A stretch of 64,000 nucleotides of DNA from Alphaproteobacteria bacterium (GTDB lineage Bacteria > Pseudomonadota > Alphaproteobacteria > UBA828), in contig CAXXMU010000006.1 of NCBI GenBank assembly GCA_963667785.2, positions 160,001 to 224,000 on the forward strand, in the 5' to 3' direction. Positions 9,091-19,136 of the stretch are shown here, piece after piece (positions within the stretch are counted from its first letter, which is position 1; every line of letters starts with the position of its first letter). The notes beneath the pieces are model-generated. The model did not search any database. It saw only the letters and a program-made list of their open reading frames with translations, and was not told the origin of the DNA. A program made the translations under genes and the position numbers.

Positions 9091-10416
9091 GACCGGCAAG
9101 CGAAGCTCGGCGCGCAGGCCGCCGAGGGCGGCGGCGCTCATGCGGATGTCGCCGCCGTGGCCGCGGGCGACGTCGCGGGCGATGGAGAGGCCGAGGCCGG
9201 CCCCGCCGGTGCGTGGGTTGCGCGCGCCGTCGAGCCGGAAGAACGGCTTGAACACCTCTTCCCGCTGCTCCTCCGGAATGCCGGGCCCGTCGTCCTCTAC
9301 CGCGACCGAGACCACGTCGTCCCGGCGGGCCGCGCTGATCGCGACCCGCGCGCCGTGATGCACGGCGTTCTCGACCAGGTTGGTCAGGCAGCGCCGCATG
9401 GCATTGGGCCGGAGTGCCACCATCAGGGGCCGCTCGACGTCGAGCGTGATCCGGTCCCCCGTGCGGTCGGCATCGCCCGCGACGTCCTCGATGATCCCGG
9501 CGAGGTCGGTGCTGACCGGCGCCTCGCCGCCCTGCCCACGGGCGAAGGCCATGTACTCGTCGATCATGTGCTCCATGAGCAGCAGGTCCTGCTCGGATTC
9601 GCCGATCTCGGCGCGCGAGCGGGGGTGCGCCTCCGCGAGCAGCGCGAGCTGGAGCCTGACCCGGGTGAGCGGCGTGCGCAGGTCGTGGGAGACGCCGGCC
9701 AGCATCTCGGTGCGCTGGCTGATCTGGCGCTGAATGCGCCCCTGCATCTCGAGGAACGCCGCACCCGCCCGCCTGATCTCGGCCGCGCCCGAGGGCTTGA
9801 GGTCGCTCACGGGCCGGCCTTTGCCGAGCGCGTCGGCGGCCGCCGCCAGCCGCCGGATCGGGCGGATCTGGTTGCGCAGGAAGAGCACCGCGATCGCGGA
9901 GACGACGATCGCCATGCCCACCATCCACAGGATGACCAGGTGGGTCGTCGTTTCGCGCATGCGCTTGACGGTGGTCGTCAGGGTCAGCACGCCGTCCGGC
10001 CGCTGCACGCGGATCGCCATCTGCTTGTCGGGCAGGCGCGAATCGAGATGGTAGGGCACGTCGAGGCGCTGATCGAGCTGGCGGCGCAGCATCTGGTCCG
10101 GAATGCTGCCGGTTCCCTCCGGCGCCACGGCGGGCAGGACCGCGCCGTCCTCGAAGACGACACCGAACTGCATTTCCCGCCGGGCGATGCCGTCGAGTCG
10201 GGCGCGCTCCTCGGGCTCGGTGGCGCCGTCCGCCATGCGCATGATGGTGAGCACGTCACCGCTCACGTCCATCGCCAGTTGGCGGCTCACCGTGTCCCAG
10301 TGACGCTCGAAGAAGATGGTGGCCACCGTGGCCTGAACCAGGACCAGCGGGATCAGCATGATCAGGATGGATCGCCAGAAGAGGCCGCGCGGCATGATCC
10401 GTCCCAGCAGCCTCAT
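9088..10416 (-). CDS. EnvZ-like sensor histidine kinase
   Basis: Two TM segments, HAMP, H-box VSHDLRTPL, N-box NLVENA, G-boxes DDGPGI and GLGLSI. Confidence 0.92.
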   Translation of the reverse strand: MRLLGRIMPRGLFWRSILIMLIPLVLVQATVATIFFERHWDTVSRQLAMDVSGDVLTIMRMADGATEPEERARLDGIARREMQFGVVFEDGAVLPAVAPEGTGSIPDQMLRRQLDQRLDVPYHLDSRLPDKQMAIRVQRPDGVLTLTTTVKRMRETTTHLVILWMVGMAIVVSAIAVLFLRNQIRPIRRLAAAADALGKGRPVSDLKPSGAAEIRRAGAAFLEMQGRIQRQISQRTEMLAGVSHDLRTPLTRVRLQLALLAEAHPRSRAEIGESEQDLLLMEHMIDEYMAFARGQGGEAPVSTDLAGIIEDVAGDADRTGDRITLDVERPLMVALRPNAMRRCLTNLVENAVHHGARVAISAARRDDVVSVAVEDDGPGIPEEQREEVFKPFFRLDGARNPRTGGAGLGLSIARDVARGHGGDIRMSAAALGGLRAELRLPV

Positions 10417-10446
10417 GCCGGCCGCCTCCCCGGCGAAGGGCCGGGC

Positions 10447-11181
<735 letters not shown>

Positions 11182-11226
11182 CGGCACACCGTTCCCCGCC
11201 GGCCCGGCCCCGCAGGCACGCCGCCA

Positions 11227-11709
11227 TCAGGGCCGGTCGAAGCGGCGCCTGTCCGCCTCGTCTATAATTCCCATGAGAACCTCCCGGTATCCCTCGACGG
11301 CGACGCCGCCGGCGCTGCGATAGGCCCTGGCGATGCGGGCGCGCTGGGTGGCGGACAGCCGCCCTTCCAGGCTGCGCCCCTTCGCCGTCAGCGTCAGCAG
11401 GCGGCGGCGCCCGTCGGCCGGGTCCTGCCGGGTCGTCACGAATCCCTCCCGCACCAGCCGGCCCAGCACCCGCGACAGGCTCTGCTTTGTGATCCTCAGG
11501 ATCTCGAGCAGCGCCGTGACGGAGATGTCCGGGTTGCGGCCGACGAAGTAGACGACCCGATGGTGCGCGCGCCCGAAGCCATAGGACTCCAGGATCGCAT
11601 CGCACTCGGTCGTGAAGTCCCGGTAGGCGAAGAACAGCAGCTCCATCGCCTCGTGGAGCTGGTCCTCGCGCAGGTAGAGAGGGTTCGGCCCTGCCTTTAC
11701 GTCAGTCAC
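11227..11709 (-). CDS. MarR-family regulator (PetP-like)
   Basis: ELLFFAYRDFT, GRAHHR, ITKQSLSRVL, DGRRRLLTLT. Confidence 0.88.
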   Translation of the reverse strand: MTDVKAGPNPLYLREDQLHEAMELLFFAYRDFTTECDAILESYGFGRAHHRVVYFVGRNPDISVTALLEILRITKQSLSRVLGRLVREGFVTTRQDPADGRRRLLTLTAKGRSLEGRLSATQRARIARAYRSAGGVAVEGYREVLMGIIDEADRRRFDRP

Positions 11710-11782
11710 ATTGACTTATATGCAGACCGATGCTAGGGAGCGCAACCGCTTTCTTCCACCTCGCCGACAATCAGTGAGCGCC

Positions 11783-12664
11783 ATGGCAGACCTCATCCCC
11801 TATGACGATCGCGACGGAATCATCTGGTACGACGGGGCGCAGGTGCCGTGGCGCGACGCGAAGCTGCACGTGCTGAGCCACGGCCTGCACTACGCGAGCT
11901 GCGTGTTCGAGGGCGAGCGGGTCTATGACGGCCGCATCTTCAAGGTGGTGGAGCACACCCAGCGCCTTCTGGATTCCGCCCGCGACCTGGGCTTCGAGAT
12001 TCCTTTCAGCCTGGAGGAGCTGGTGGACGCCTCCAGGGAGATCGTCGACGCCAACGGCATTGGCGACGGCTACGTGCGCCCGGTGGCCTGGCGCGGCGCG
12101 GAGATGATGGGCGTCTCGGCCCAGCACAACACCATCCACGTGGCGATCGCGGCCTGGCATTGGCCGGCCTATTTCGGCGACGACGCGGTGCAGCGCGGCA
12201 TCAAGATGAAGACCTCGCGCTGGCGGCGGCCCGCGCCCGATACCGCGCCGGTGACGGCGAAGTGCGCCGGGCTCTACATGATCTGCACCCTCAGCAAGCA
12301 CGAGGCGGAGTCCGCGGGCTGCCACGACGCGCTGATGCTCGACTGGCGCGGCAGGGTGTCCGAGGCCACCGGCGCCAACATCTTCCTCGTCCAGGACGGG
12401 GTGATCCACACGCCGACCCCGGATTGCTTCCTCGACGGCATCACCCGGCGCACGGTCATCGCGCTTGCCGAGAAGCGCGGCTACGAGGTGGTCGAGCGCG
12501 CGGTCATGCCCGAGGAGATTCCGCGCTCCGACGAGATCTTCCTGACCGGCACCGCCGCCGAGGTCACGCCCGTCGGCGCGATCGACGAGCACAACTTCCA
12601 GGTCGGGCCGGTCACCCGCACCCTGATGGCGGACTACGCGGCGGTCGTGCGCGCGCAGGAATAG
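11783..12664 (+). CDS. ilvE: Branched-chain amino acid aminotransferase
   Basis: HGLHYASCVFEG, EATGANIF, LDGITRRTV, FLTGTAAEVTPV. Confidence 0.93.
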   Translation: MADLIPYDDRDGIIWYDGAQVPWRDAKLHVLSHGLHYASCVFEGERVYDGRIFKVVEHTQRLLDSARDLGFEIPFSLEELVDASREIVDANGIGDGYVRPVAWRGAEMMGVSAQHNTIHVAIAAWHWPAYFGDDAVQRGIKMKTSRWRRPAPDTAPVTAKCAGLYMICTLSKHEAESAGCHDALMLDWRGRVSEATGANIFLVQDGVIHTPTPDCFLDGITRRTVIALAEKRGYEVVERAVMPEEIPRSDEIFLTGTAAEVTPVGAIDEHNFQVGPVTRTLMADYAAVVRAQE

Positions 12665-12829
12665 AGCATTATCCGTCTTTGACGGATACGCGACAGGCCG
12701 CGACTGCGGCCCGCCGCTTATGCGGCGCCCTCGCCGAGGCGCCGGCAGGCGCGCGGAATCGCGGGACGGCCGGCTGCCGTGAGCGACAAAGAGGCTGGGG
12801 CGTTTCCGCGAAAAGCGGACACGCTCTAG
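12662..12829 (+). mobile_element. RIME/MITE-like element with hairpin termini, beginning at the ilvE TAG stop
   Basis: TAGAGCATTATCCGTCTTTGACGGATACG ... GCGTTTCCGCGAAAAGCGGACACGCTCTAG; close copy at 57492-57668. Confidence 0.8.
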
Positions 12830-12845
12830 CCGCAAGAGACAGCCG

Positions 12846-13790
12846 TCAGGTCCCGAGCGGCAGGCGGTCGACCGCGTCGACGACCTCGCCCACCGGTAGC
12901 GCGGCGAGCGGCACCCGACGGAGCGCCGTGACCGCCTCCCCGCAGGGAGCGGAGCGCTCCGGGTCCGAGACCGCGCCGAACAGCACCACCGAGGGGCAGC
13001 CCGCCGTGGCGGCGATGTGCATGGGCCCGGTGTCGTTGCCGATCGCGCAGCGCGCGCGCCGGGCGAGCGCGGCGATCTGGCCGAGGCCGGTGCGGCCGCC
13101 GAGATCGATCGCATCCGGCGCCCGCCGCGCGATCTCCTCAAGAACCGATGCCTCCGCCTCAGCGCCCACCAGCACCGGCGGCATGCCGCGCCCGGCAAGC
13201 TCGCGTGCGAGAGCGGCGAAGCGCGCCGCCGGCCAGCGCTTCTCCGGGCGGTGCGCCGATCCTCCCGGCACGATCAGGGAGAAGGCGCCGCGCGGCGCCA
13301 GGTCCTCGACGCCGTCGTCCAGCCAGTCGAGGGACGGCGCCGGCACGCCCTCGACGCCGGCGATGCCGAGCTGCTCCGCCAAGAACGCCACCGGGTGCAT
13401 GCGGGTCCGCTCCGGATTGCGGTGCGGATGGGAGCAGCCGACGGCGATGCCGGACCACTCGGGGCGGCGGCGGCGCGGCAGCATGCGGAAGTAGAGGCCG
13501 GTGCGGCCCGAGCCCTGGAGATCGTAGACGCGGGCGAACCCGGCATCGATCAGACGTCGGCGCAGCCCGAGCCACGCGAGCGGCCCGGCCAAGACGCTCG
13601 GGCGCTCGTCGATCCAGACCTCGTCGAACCAGCCGCAGCGCGCGCCCCAGTCGGCGAAGGCCGGGGCGGTCAGCAGCGTGACGCGGGCGCCCGCATGGTG
13701 ACGGCGGATCGCCGCGAAGCAGCCGGTGGCGAGCACCCAGTCGCCGAGCCCGCCATGCTTGATGACGAGAATGCGCTCATCGCCCGGCAT
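12846..13790 (-). CDS. Glycosyltransferase family 9 (LPS heptosyltransferase-like)
   Basis: ILVIKHGGLGD, EKRWP, GNDTGPMHIAA. Confidence 0.9.
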   Translation of the reverse strand: MPGDERILVIKHGGLGDWVLATGCFAAIRRHHAGARVTLLTAPAFADWGARCGWFDEVWIDERPSVLAGPLAWLGLRRRLIDAGFARVYDLQGSGRTGLYFRMLPRRRRPEWSGIAVGCSHPHRNPERTRMHPVAFLAEQLGIAGVEGVPAPSLDWLDDGVEDLAPRGAFSLIVPGGSAHRPEKRWPAARFAALARELAGRGMPPVLVGAEAEASVLEEIARRAPDAIDLGGRTGLGQIAALARRARCAIGNDTGPMHIAATAGCPSVVLFGAVSDPERSAPCGEAVTALRRVPLAALPVGEVVDAVDRLPLGT

Positions 13791-13857
13791 GGGATCGCCT
13801 GGGATGGCAGGGGAATGCGCGAGTCAAGGAGGCTGCCGGGCGGGCTGCGCGACGCGC

Positions 13858-14316
13858 TCACTCTGCATCGCGCCAGCGCTCGGCGGCGCGGTCGTCCGCC
13901 GCGCGCGCCGCAACCCAGCGCGCGCCGGCCTCGGTTTCCTCGCGCTTCCAGAACGGCGCCTTGGTCTTGAGCCAGTCGATGAGAAAGGCGCAGGCGTCGA
14001 GCGCGGCGCGGCGATGGGGTGCTGCGGTCACCACGAGGACGATGCGGTCACCGGGCTCGAGCCGCCCGTAGCGGTGGACGATCAGCGAGGCGGTGAGGTT
14101 CCAGCGTCGGCACGCCTCGGCCTCGATGTCCGCGAGCTGCCTCTCGGTCATCGCCGGGTAGTGCTCCAGCGTCATGGCCGTGATGGCGGGCCCGTCGCCG
14201 GCGTCGGCGCGGGTCACGCCGACGAACGAGGCGACGGCGCCGACCTCGCGATTGCCGCCGGTCAGCGCCTCGATCTCCGCGCCGATGTCGAAGTCCTCGC
14301 GCTGGACGCGGATCAC
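13858..14316 (-). CDS. moaE: Molybdopterin synthase large subunit
   Basis: IRVQREDFD, LEHYPAMT, IVHRYGRL, DWLKTKAPFWKRE. Confidence 0.93.
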   Translation of the reverse strand: MIRVQREDFDIGAEIEALTGGNREVGAVASFVGVTRADAGDGPAITAMTLEHYPAMTERQLADIEAEACRRWNLTASLIVHRYGRLEPGDRIVLVVTAAPHRRAALDACAFLIDWLKTKAPFWKREETEAGARWVAARAADDRAAERWRDAE

Positions 14317-14573
14317 GGCCGCGCCCCTCCGGTGACCGGCGGGAACAGCGCGACCTCGTCGCCGTCGCTGACCGCGCGATCGGGTGCGGCGAACTCCTGG
14401 TTGACCGCGACCCGGACGACCGAGAGATCCTCGAGCGCCCGCGCGTAGCCGCCGCCGCGTCCCTTGAGCCATTCGAGCAGCGCCGCCACGGTCTGCACGT
14501 CGGCCGGCAGCGCGATCTCCTCGGCGTCGCGCCCGATCTGCTCCCTGACCCAGGCGAAATAGAGCAGCGTCAT
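14313..14573 (-). CDS. moaD: Molybdopterin synthase sulfur-carrier subunit with 3-residue extension after Gly-Gly
   Basis: MTLLYFAWVREQIG..VAVNQE..DEVALFPPVTGG-ARP*. Confidence 0.9.
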   Translation of the reverse strand: MTLLYFAWVREQIGRDAEEIALPADVQTVAALLEWLKGRGGGYARALEDLSVVRVAVNQEFAAPDRAVSDGDEVALFPPVTGGARP

Positions 14574-15826
14574 CGGTACATCTCGTTGAACGGCAGGAAG
14601 TCCACCATCGTGCCGGCGCTGAGCGTGGTGAGGTCTTCCGGCAGCTCGATCAGCCCGTCGGCGAAGACCGCCGAGGAGAGGATGCCGGCTCCGTCGCGCG
14701 CGAACTTCTCCGCTCCGAGGGTGCCGTCCGGCCGCGTGGAGAGCCGGGCGCGGAGCCATTCGCGCCGGCCCCGCTTCTTCCGGTAGTCGAAGTCGGCCCG
14801 GACCCGGTAGTGCGCCGGCTCGACGTGCGCGCAACCGCCCAGCCGCAGGATCAGCGGCCTTGCGAAGCGCAGGAAGGTGACCATGACGGCGACCGGGTTG
14901 CCGGGAAGCCCGATGAAGGGCACGCGACCGACCTGGCCCAGCGCGATCGGCCGCCCCGGCCGGATGGCGAGGCGCCAGAAGTGGAGATGGCCGAGCGCCT
15001 CCACCGCCGCCTTGACGTGGTCCTCGTCGCCCGTCGACATCCCACCCGAGGTAAGCAGCAGGTCGTGATCGCGGCTGCGTGCGGCCAGCGCGCCCGCGAT
15101 CACGTCCAGCTCGTCCGGCAGGATGCCCATGTCGGTGACGGCGCAGCCGAGCCGTTCGGCGAGACCGGCGATGACGTAGCGGTTGGAATCGTAGATGCCG
15201 CCCGCGCCGAGCGCCGCGCCCGGCTCGTAGACCTCGTCGCCGGTGGAGAAGATCGCCACCCTGAGCCGCCGGAAGACCGTGAGCCCGGTGCGTCCGACGG
15301 AGGCGGCAAGGCCGATGTCCTGCGGCCTGAGCGCCCGGCCGGCGGAGAGGATGGTCGTGCCGGCCGCGATGTCCTCGCCGGCGTTGCGCCGGTTGGCGCC
15401 GCGCTTGATCCCCGGCGGCACGATGACGTCGTCGCCCTCTGCGCGACAGTCTTCCTGCATCAGCACCGTGTCGGGGCCGTCCGGCATGGGCGCGCCGGTG
15501 AAGACGCGGATCGCCTCGCCGCGCCGTGCGGCCCGCCCCAGCGGATGCCCGGCGGCGGCCCGCCCGGTGCACGGCAGGCGCGTATCCGCCTCGGGCGCGA
15601 GGTCGTCGAAGAAGACCGCGTAGCCGTCGACGGCGGCGTTGTCGTGCGGCGGCACGGCGCGCTCGGCGGTGACGGTCTCCGCCAGGATGCGCCCGTTGGC
15701 CGCCCGCAGGCCGACGCTCTCGGTCTCGGCGATGGGGTGAACGACGCTCTCGAGCTGCGCGAGCGCGTCCGCCGCCGGAGTCAGCGCGCCGCCGAAGGCG
15801 AAGCAGTCGTCACTGAGCTGTGCCAT
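14570..15826 (-). CDS. moeA: Molybdopterin molybdenumtransferase
   Basis: MAQLSDDCFAFGG, AVDGYA, IFSTGDE, TSGGMSTG, GLPGNPV. Confidence 0.93.
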   Translation of the reverse strand: MAQLSDDCFAFGGALTPAADALAQLESVVHPIAETESVGLRAANGRILAETVTAERAVPPHDNAAVDGYAVFFDDLAPEADTRLPCTGRAAAGHPLGRAARRGEAIRVFTGAPMPDGPDTVLMQEDCRAEGDDVIVPPGIKRGANRRNAGEDIAAGTTILSAGRALRPQDIGLAASVGRTGLTVFRRLRVAIFSTGDEVYEPGAALGAGGIYDSNRYVIAGLAERLGCAVTDMGILPDELDVIAGALAARSRDHDLLLTSGGMSTGDEDHVKAAVEALGHLHFWRLAIRPGRPIALGQVGRVPFIGLPGNPVAVMVTFLRFARPLILRLGGCAHVEPAHYRVRADFDYRKKRGRREWLRARLSTRPDGTLGAEKFARDGAGILSSAVFADGLIELPEDLTTLSAGTMVDFLPFNEMYR

Positions 15827-16361
15827 GGCCCGACACCGAGTCCCTCTTCCCGGCGGCCCCGCAATGCGCCACCACGAACGACGCGATCCCCGCAATGTCG
15901 TCGATATCGAAGACGGGGACCGCGCGCCCGATCGTCGCTGCCGCCGGCACCGGCCGGTCGCTGGCGACGGCGACAACGGTGGGATCGGCGGCGGCGAGCA
16001 GCGGTGCCTCGCCGGCGCCGCGGCGCACCTCGATCTTGTCGTGCCCGCCGCGCTTGTATCCCTCGATCAGGACCAGGTCGGCCCGGTCCAGCGCCTGGAG
16101 CAGCCGCTCCAGCGGCGGCTCGCCGTCATCGCCCGTCTCGCGGAGATGGGCGAAGCGGTCGGGCGCCGCCAGCACGATGTCGCGGGCGCCGGCCGCGCGC
16201 CAAGCCTGGGCCGGATGGTCGTCCGGCAGCAGGTCGAAGCCGTGGTGGGCATGCTTCACGGTGGCGACGCGCAAGCCCCGCGCCTGCAGCCGCGGCAGCA
16301 GCCGGCAGACCAGCGTGGTCTTGCCGCTGTCGCTCAGGCCCGTGACTCCGAACCGATGCAC
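15810..16361 (-). CDS. mobB: Molybdopterin-guanine dinucleotide biosynthesis protein B
   Basis: GLSDSGKTTL, ATVKHAHH, DLVLIEGYK. Confidence 0.88.
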   Translation of the reverse strand: MHRFGVTGLSDSGKTTLVCRLLPRLQARGLRVATVKHAHHGFDLLPDDHPAQAWRAAGARDIVLAAPDRFAHLRETGDDGEPPLERLLQALDRADLVLIEGYKRGGHDKIEVRRGAGEAPLLAAADPTVVAVASDRPVPAAATIGRAVPVFDIDDIAGIASFVVAHCGAAGKRDSVSGHGTAQ

Positions 16362-17003
16362 CTAGTCCTCCCGCTCCGCGCCGGCGGCGCGCAGGCCGCG
16401 CACGCTCGTCCGAAGATAGCCGATCGCGCTGGCCCAGGTCAGCAGAACCGCGAGCCAGAGCAGGCCCCTGCCGGCCTCGGCGAGCCCGCTGCCGGCGGTG
16501 TCGGGAAGCAGGGGCACCGCGGCGGGGGCGAGGAGAAGGATCACGATCGCGCCCATCTGCACGGCGGTCTTCCACTTGCCGAGCGGCTGGACCGGGAGCG
16601 CCACGGTGCCGGCGAGCGCCTCCCTGAGGCCCGCGATCAGGAACTCGCGGCAGAGGATCGCCACGACGGCGATCACGGGCGCCCGCCCGTCGACGGCCAG
16701 CATGACCAGCGCCGCCGCGACCAGGAGCTTGTCGGCGATGGGATCGAGAATGCGGCCGACGAGCGAGTGCTGATCGAGCCGGCGCGCGAGCCAGCCGTCG
16801 AGATAGTCGCTGATCGCCGCGGCCGCGAAGACCGCGAAGCCGAGCCAGAGCCCGGCCGGCCCGGCGACGAAGAACGAGCCGACGAGCACCGGAACCATGA
16901 GGATGCGCGCGCCGGTGACCGCGTTGGGCCAGCTCGCGAGGCGCAGCCGGCCGGCGTCGGCCGGCGCTTCGGGGCGCTCAGCGCCCGTCACGGAAGTGGT
17001 CAT
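16362..17003 (-). CDS. pgsA: CDP-diacylglycerol--glycerol-3-phosphate 3-phosphatidyltransferase
   Basis: SDYLDGWLAR..GRILDPIADK CDP-alcohol motif, GKWKTAVQM; uvrC-pgsA synteny. Confidence 0.9.
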   Translation of the reverse strand: MTTSVTGAERPEAPADAGRLRLASWPNAVTGARILMVPVLVGSFFVAGPAGLWLGFAVFAAAAISDYLDGWLARRLDQHSLVGRILDPIADKLLVAAALVMLAVDGRAPVIAVVAILCREFLIAGLREALAGTVALPVQPLGKWKTAVQMGAIVILLLAPAAVPLLPDTAGSGLAEAGRGLLWLAVLLTWASAIGYLRTSVRGLRAAGAERED

Positions 17004-18927
17004 GGATCGCGCGCGCGACCGCGCTCGAGATGCCGTCGACGGTCTCGAGGTCCGCAAGTCCCGCCTGGCTGACCCCCCGCGCCGAGCCGAAGCGGTGGAG
17101 CAGCGCCTTCTTGCGGCGGGGACCGACGCCCGGAATCTCGTCGAGGGCGGAGCGGGCGCGCGCCTTGGAGCGCCTGGCCCGATGGGTGCCGATGGCGAAG
17201 CGGTGCGCCTCGTCCCGCAGGCGCTGCAGGAAGTAGAGCAGCGGCTCGCGCGCGCCGAGCGCGACCGGCGGCCGGTCGGGCAGGAAGATGCGTTCGCGGC
17301 CGGCGTTGCGCTCCGGCCCCTTGGCGATCGCCGCCACCGCCAGATCGGCGATGCCGAGATCGGCGAACACCCGCTGCGCCTCGCCGAGCTGGCCGGCGCC
17401 GCCGTCGATCAGCACGAGGTCGGGCCAGCCCTCGCCGGCACGCGCGGGGTCCTCCTTGATGAGGCGGGAGAAGCGGCGGCCGAGCACCTCGCGCATCATG
17501 GCGTAGTCGTCGCCGGGCGCCGCCTCGCCCGGCGCGCCCGCGCCGCCCGCCGCCACGGAGCGGATCGTGAACTTGCGATAGGCGTTCTTGATGAAGCCCT
17601 CCGGCCCGGCGACGATCATGCTGCCCACTGCATCGGTGCCGGAGATGTGGCTGTTGTCGTAGACCTCGATGCGGCCGGGCGCGCTCTCCAGCCCGAACTT
17701 TTCTGCCAGGCTCTCGAGCAGGCGCCGCTGCGCCGTGCTTTCGCCGAGCCGGCGGGCGAGCGCCTCGCGGGCGTTGCGCTCGGCATCCTCCACCAGCTTG
17801 CGCTTGTCGCCGCGCAGCGGACGACGGACCCGGACCCGGCGCCCGGCCCTGAGCGTCAGCGCCTCGGCGATCAGGGGCGCCTCGGCCAGCGGCCGGTTGA
17901 CCAGGACGAGCGGCGGCGCCTCGCGCGCGCTGTAGAACTGGCCGATGAAGGCGCGGAGGATCGCTTCCGCCGGCTCGTCCGCCGCGTGGCGGGGGAAGAA
18001 CGCGCGGTTGCCGTAGTTCTGGCCCGAGCGGAAGAAGAAGACCTGGACGCAGGCCCGCCCCGCCGCGTCGTGGATGGCGACGACGTCGGCGTCCCCCATC
18101 GCGGGAATGTTGATGCCCTGACGCATCTGGATGTGGGCGAGCGCCTTGATCCGGTCGCGATAGGCCGCGGCGGTCTCGAACTCAAGGGCGTCGCTCGCCG
18201 CGGTCATCCGCTCGGTGAGCCGGCGCTGGACCTGCTGGCTGCGGCCGGCGAGGAAGCTCCGCGCCTCCTCCACCAGCCCGTCATAGTCGGCCTTGCTGAT
18301 CCGCCCCACGCAGGGCGCGGTGCAGCGCTTGATCTGATACTGCAGGCAGGGCCGGGTGCGGCTCTCCAGCACCGAATCCGAGCAGGAGCGCAGCGGGAAG
18401 GCGCGCTGGAGCGCGTTGATGGTGAGGTTGACCGCGCCGGCCGACGCGAACGGGCCGAAATAGTCGCCGTCGCCGCTCTTGGCGCCGCGGTACTTGGCGA
18501 TCTGCGGCCATTGATGCCCCCGGCGGAGCAGGATGAAGGGGAAGGACTTGTCGTCCCGGAGAAGGATGTTGTAGTGCGGCTTGAGCCGCTTGATCATGTT
18601 GCTCTCGAGCAGCAGCGCCTCGACTTCGCCCTCCGTGGTGGTCACCTCGACCGCCGCCGTGGCGGCGACCATACGCTGCAGGCGGACCGGCAGCGTGCGG
18701 ACGTTGACGTAGCTCGCGACCCGCTTTCTCAGGCTCTTGGCCTTGCCGACATAGAGCGGCTTCTCGCGCGCGTCGCGCATGCAGTAGACGCCGGGGCCGG
18801 CCGGCATGGTCGCCAGCGCCGTGCGCAGCGCCGCCACGCCGCGCTCAAGCGAGACGCCCGGCTCGACCAGCGCCGCGGCATCGTCCGTGACGGACGTGGT
18901 CGGCCGCTCGATCTGCACGTCCACCAT
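16978..18927 (-). CDS. uvrC: Excinuclease ABC subunit C
   Basis: GIY-YIG (PGVYCM..LYVGKAK), CLQYQIKRC, IEVYDNSH, LRDEAHRFA, HhH tail. Confidence 0.95.
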   Translation of the reverse strand: MVDVQIERPTTSVTDDAAALVEPGVSLERGVAALRTALATMPAGPGVYCMRDAREKPLYVGKAKSLRKRVASYVNVRTLPVRLQRMVAATAAVEVTTTEGEVEALLLESNMIKRLKPHYNILLRDDKSFPFILLRRGHQWPQIAKYRGAKSGDGDYFGPFASAGAVNLTINALQRAFPLRSCSDSVLESRTRPCLQYQIKRCTAPCVGRISKADYDGLVEEARSFLAGRSQQVQRRLTERMTAASDALEFETAAAYRDRIKALAHIQMRQGINIPAMGDADVVAIHDAAGRACVQVFFFRSGQNYGNRAFFPRHAADEPAEAILRAFIGQFYSAREAPPLVLVNRPLAEAPLIAEALTLRAGRRVRVRRPLRGDKRKLVEDAERNAREALARRLGESTAQRRLLESLAEKFGLESAPGRIEVYDNSHISGTDAVGSMIVAGPEGFIKNAYRKFTIRSVAAGGAGAPGEAAPGDDYAMMREVLGRRFSRLIKEDPARAGEGWPDLVLIDGGAGQLGEAQRVFADLGIADLAVAAIAKGPERNAGRERIFLPDRPPVALGAREPLLYFLQRLRDEAHRFAIGTHRARRSKARARSALDEIPGVGPRRKKALLHRFGSARGVSQAGLADLETVDGISSAVARAIHDHFRDGR

Positions 18928-19136
18928 CGCGTCATCCGCCTGATGCGCCGCTTGGCCTGAGAGATAGTCCCTGCTCCCCGGCCCGTCAACGCATCGCCCG
19001 GCCGGGCAAGGGCGAACGGGGCCGACCAATCCCTTCGTCTCGCCGGTCAAAGCGGGCTATGATCCGCGTGACGGCCGGCCTGCCGGCGCAGGGGCTCGGC
19101 GGGGGGCCGCGACACTGAATCGGGGAAGAGAGAACC

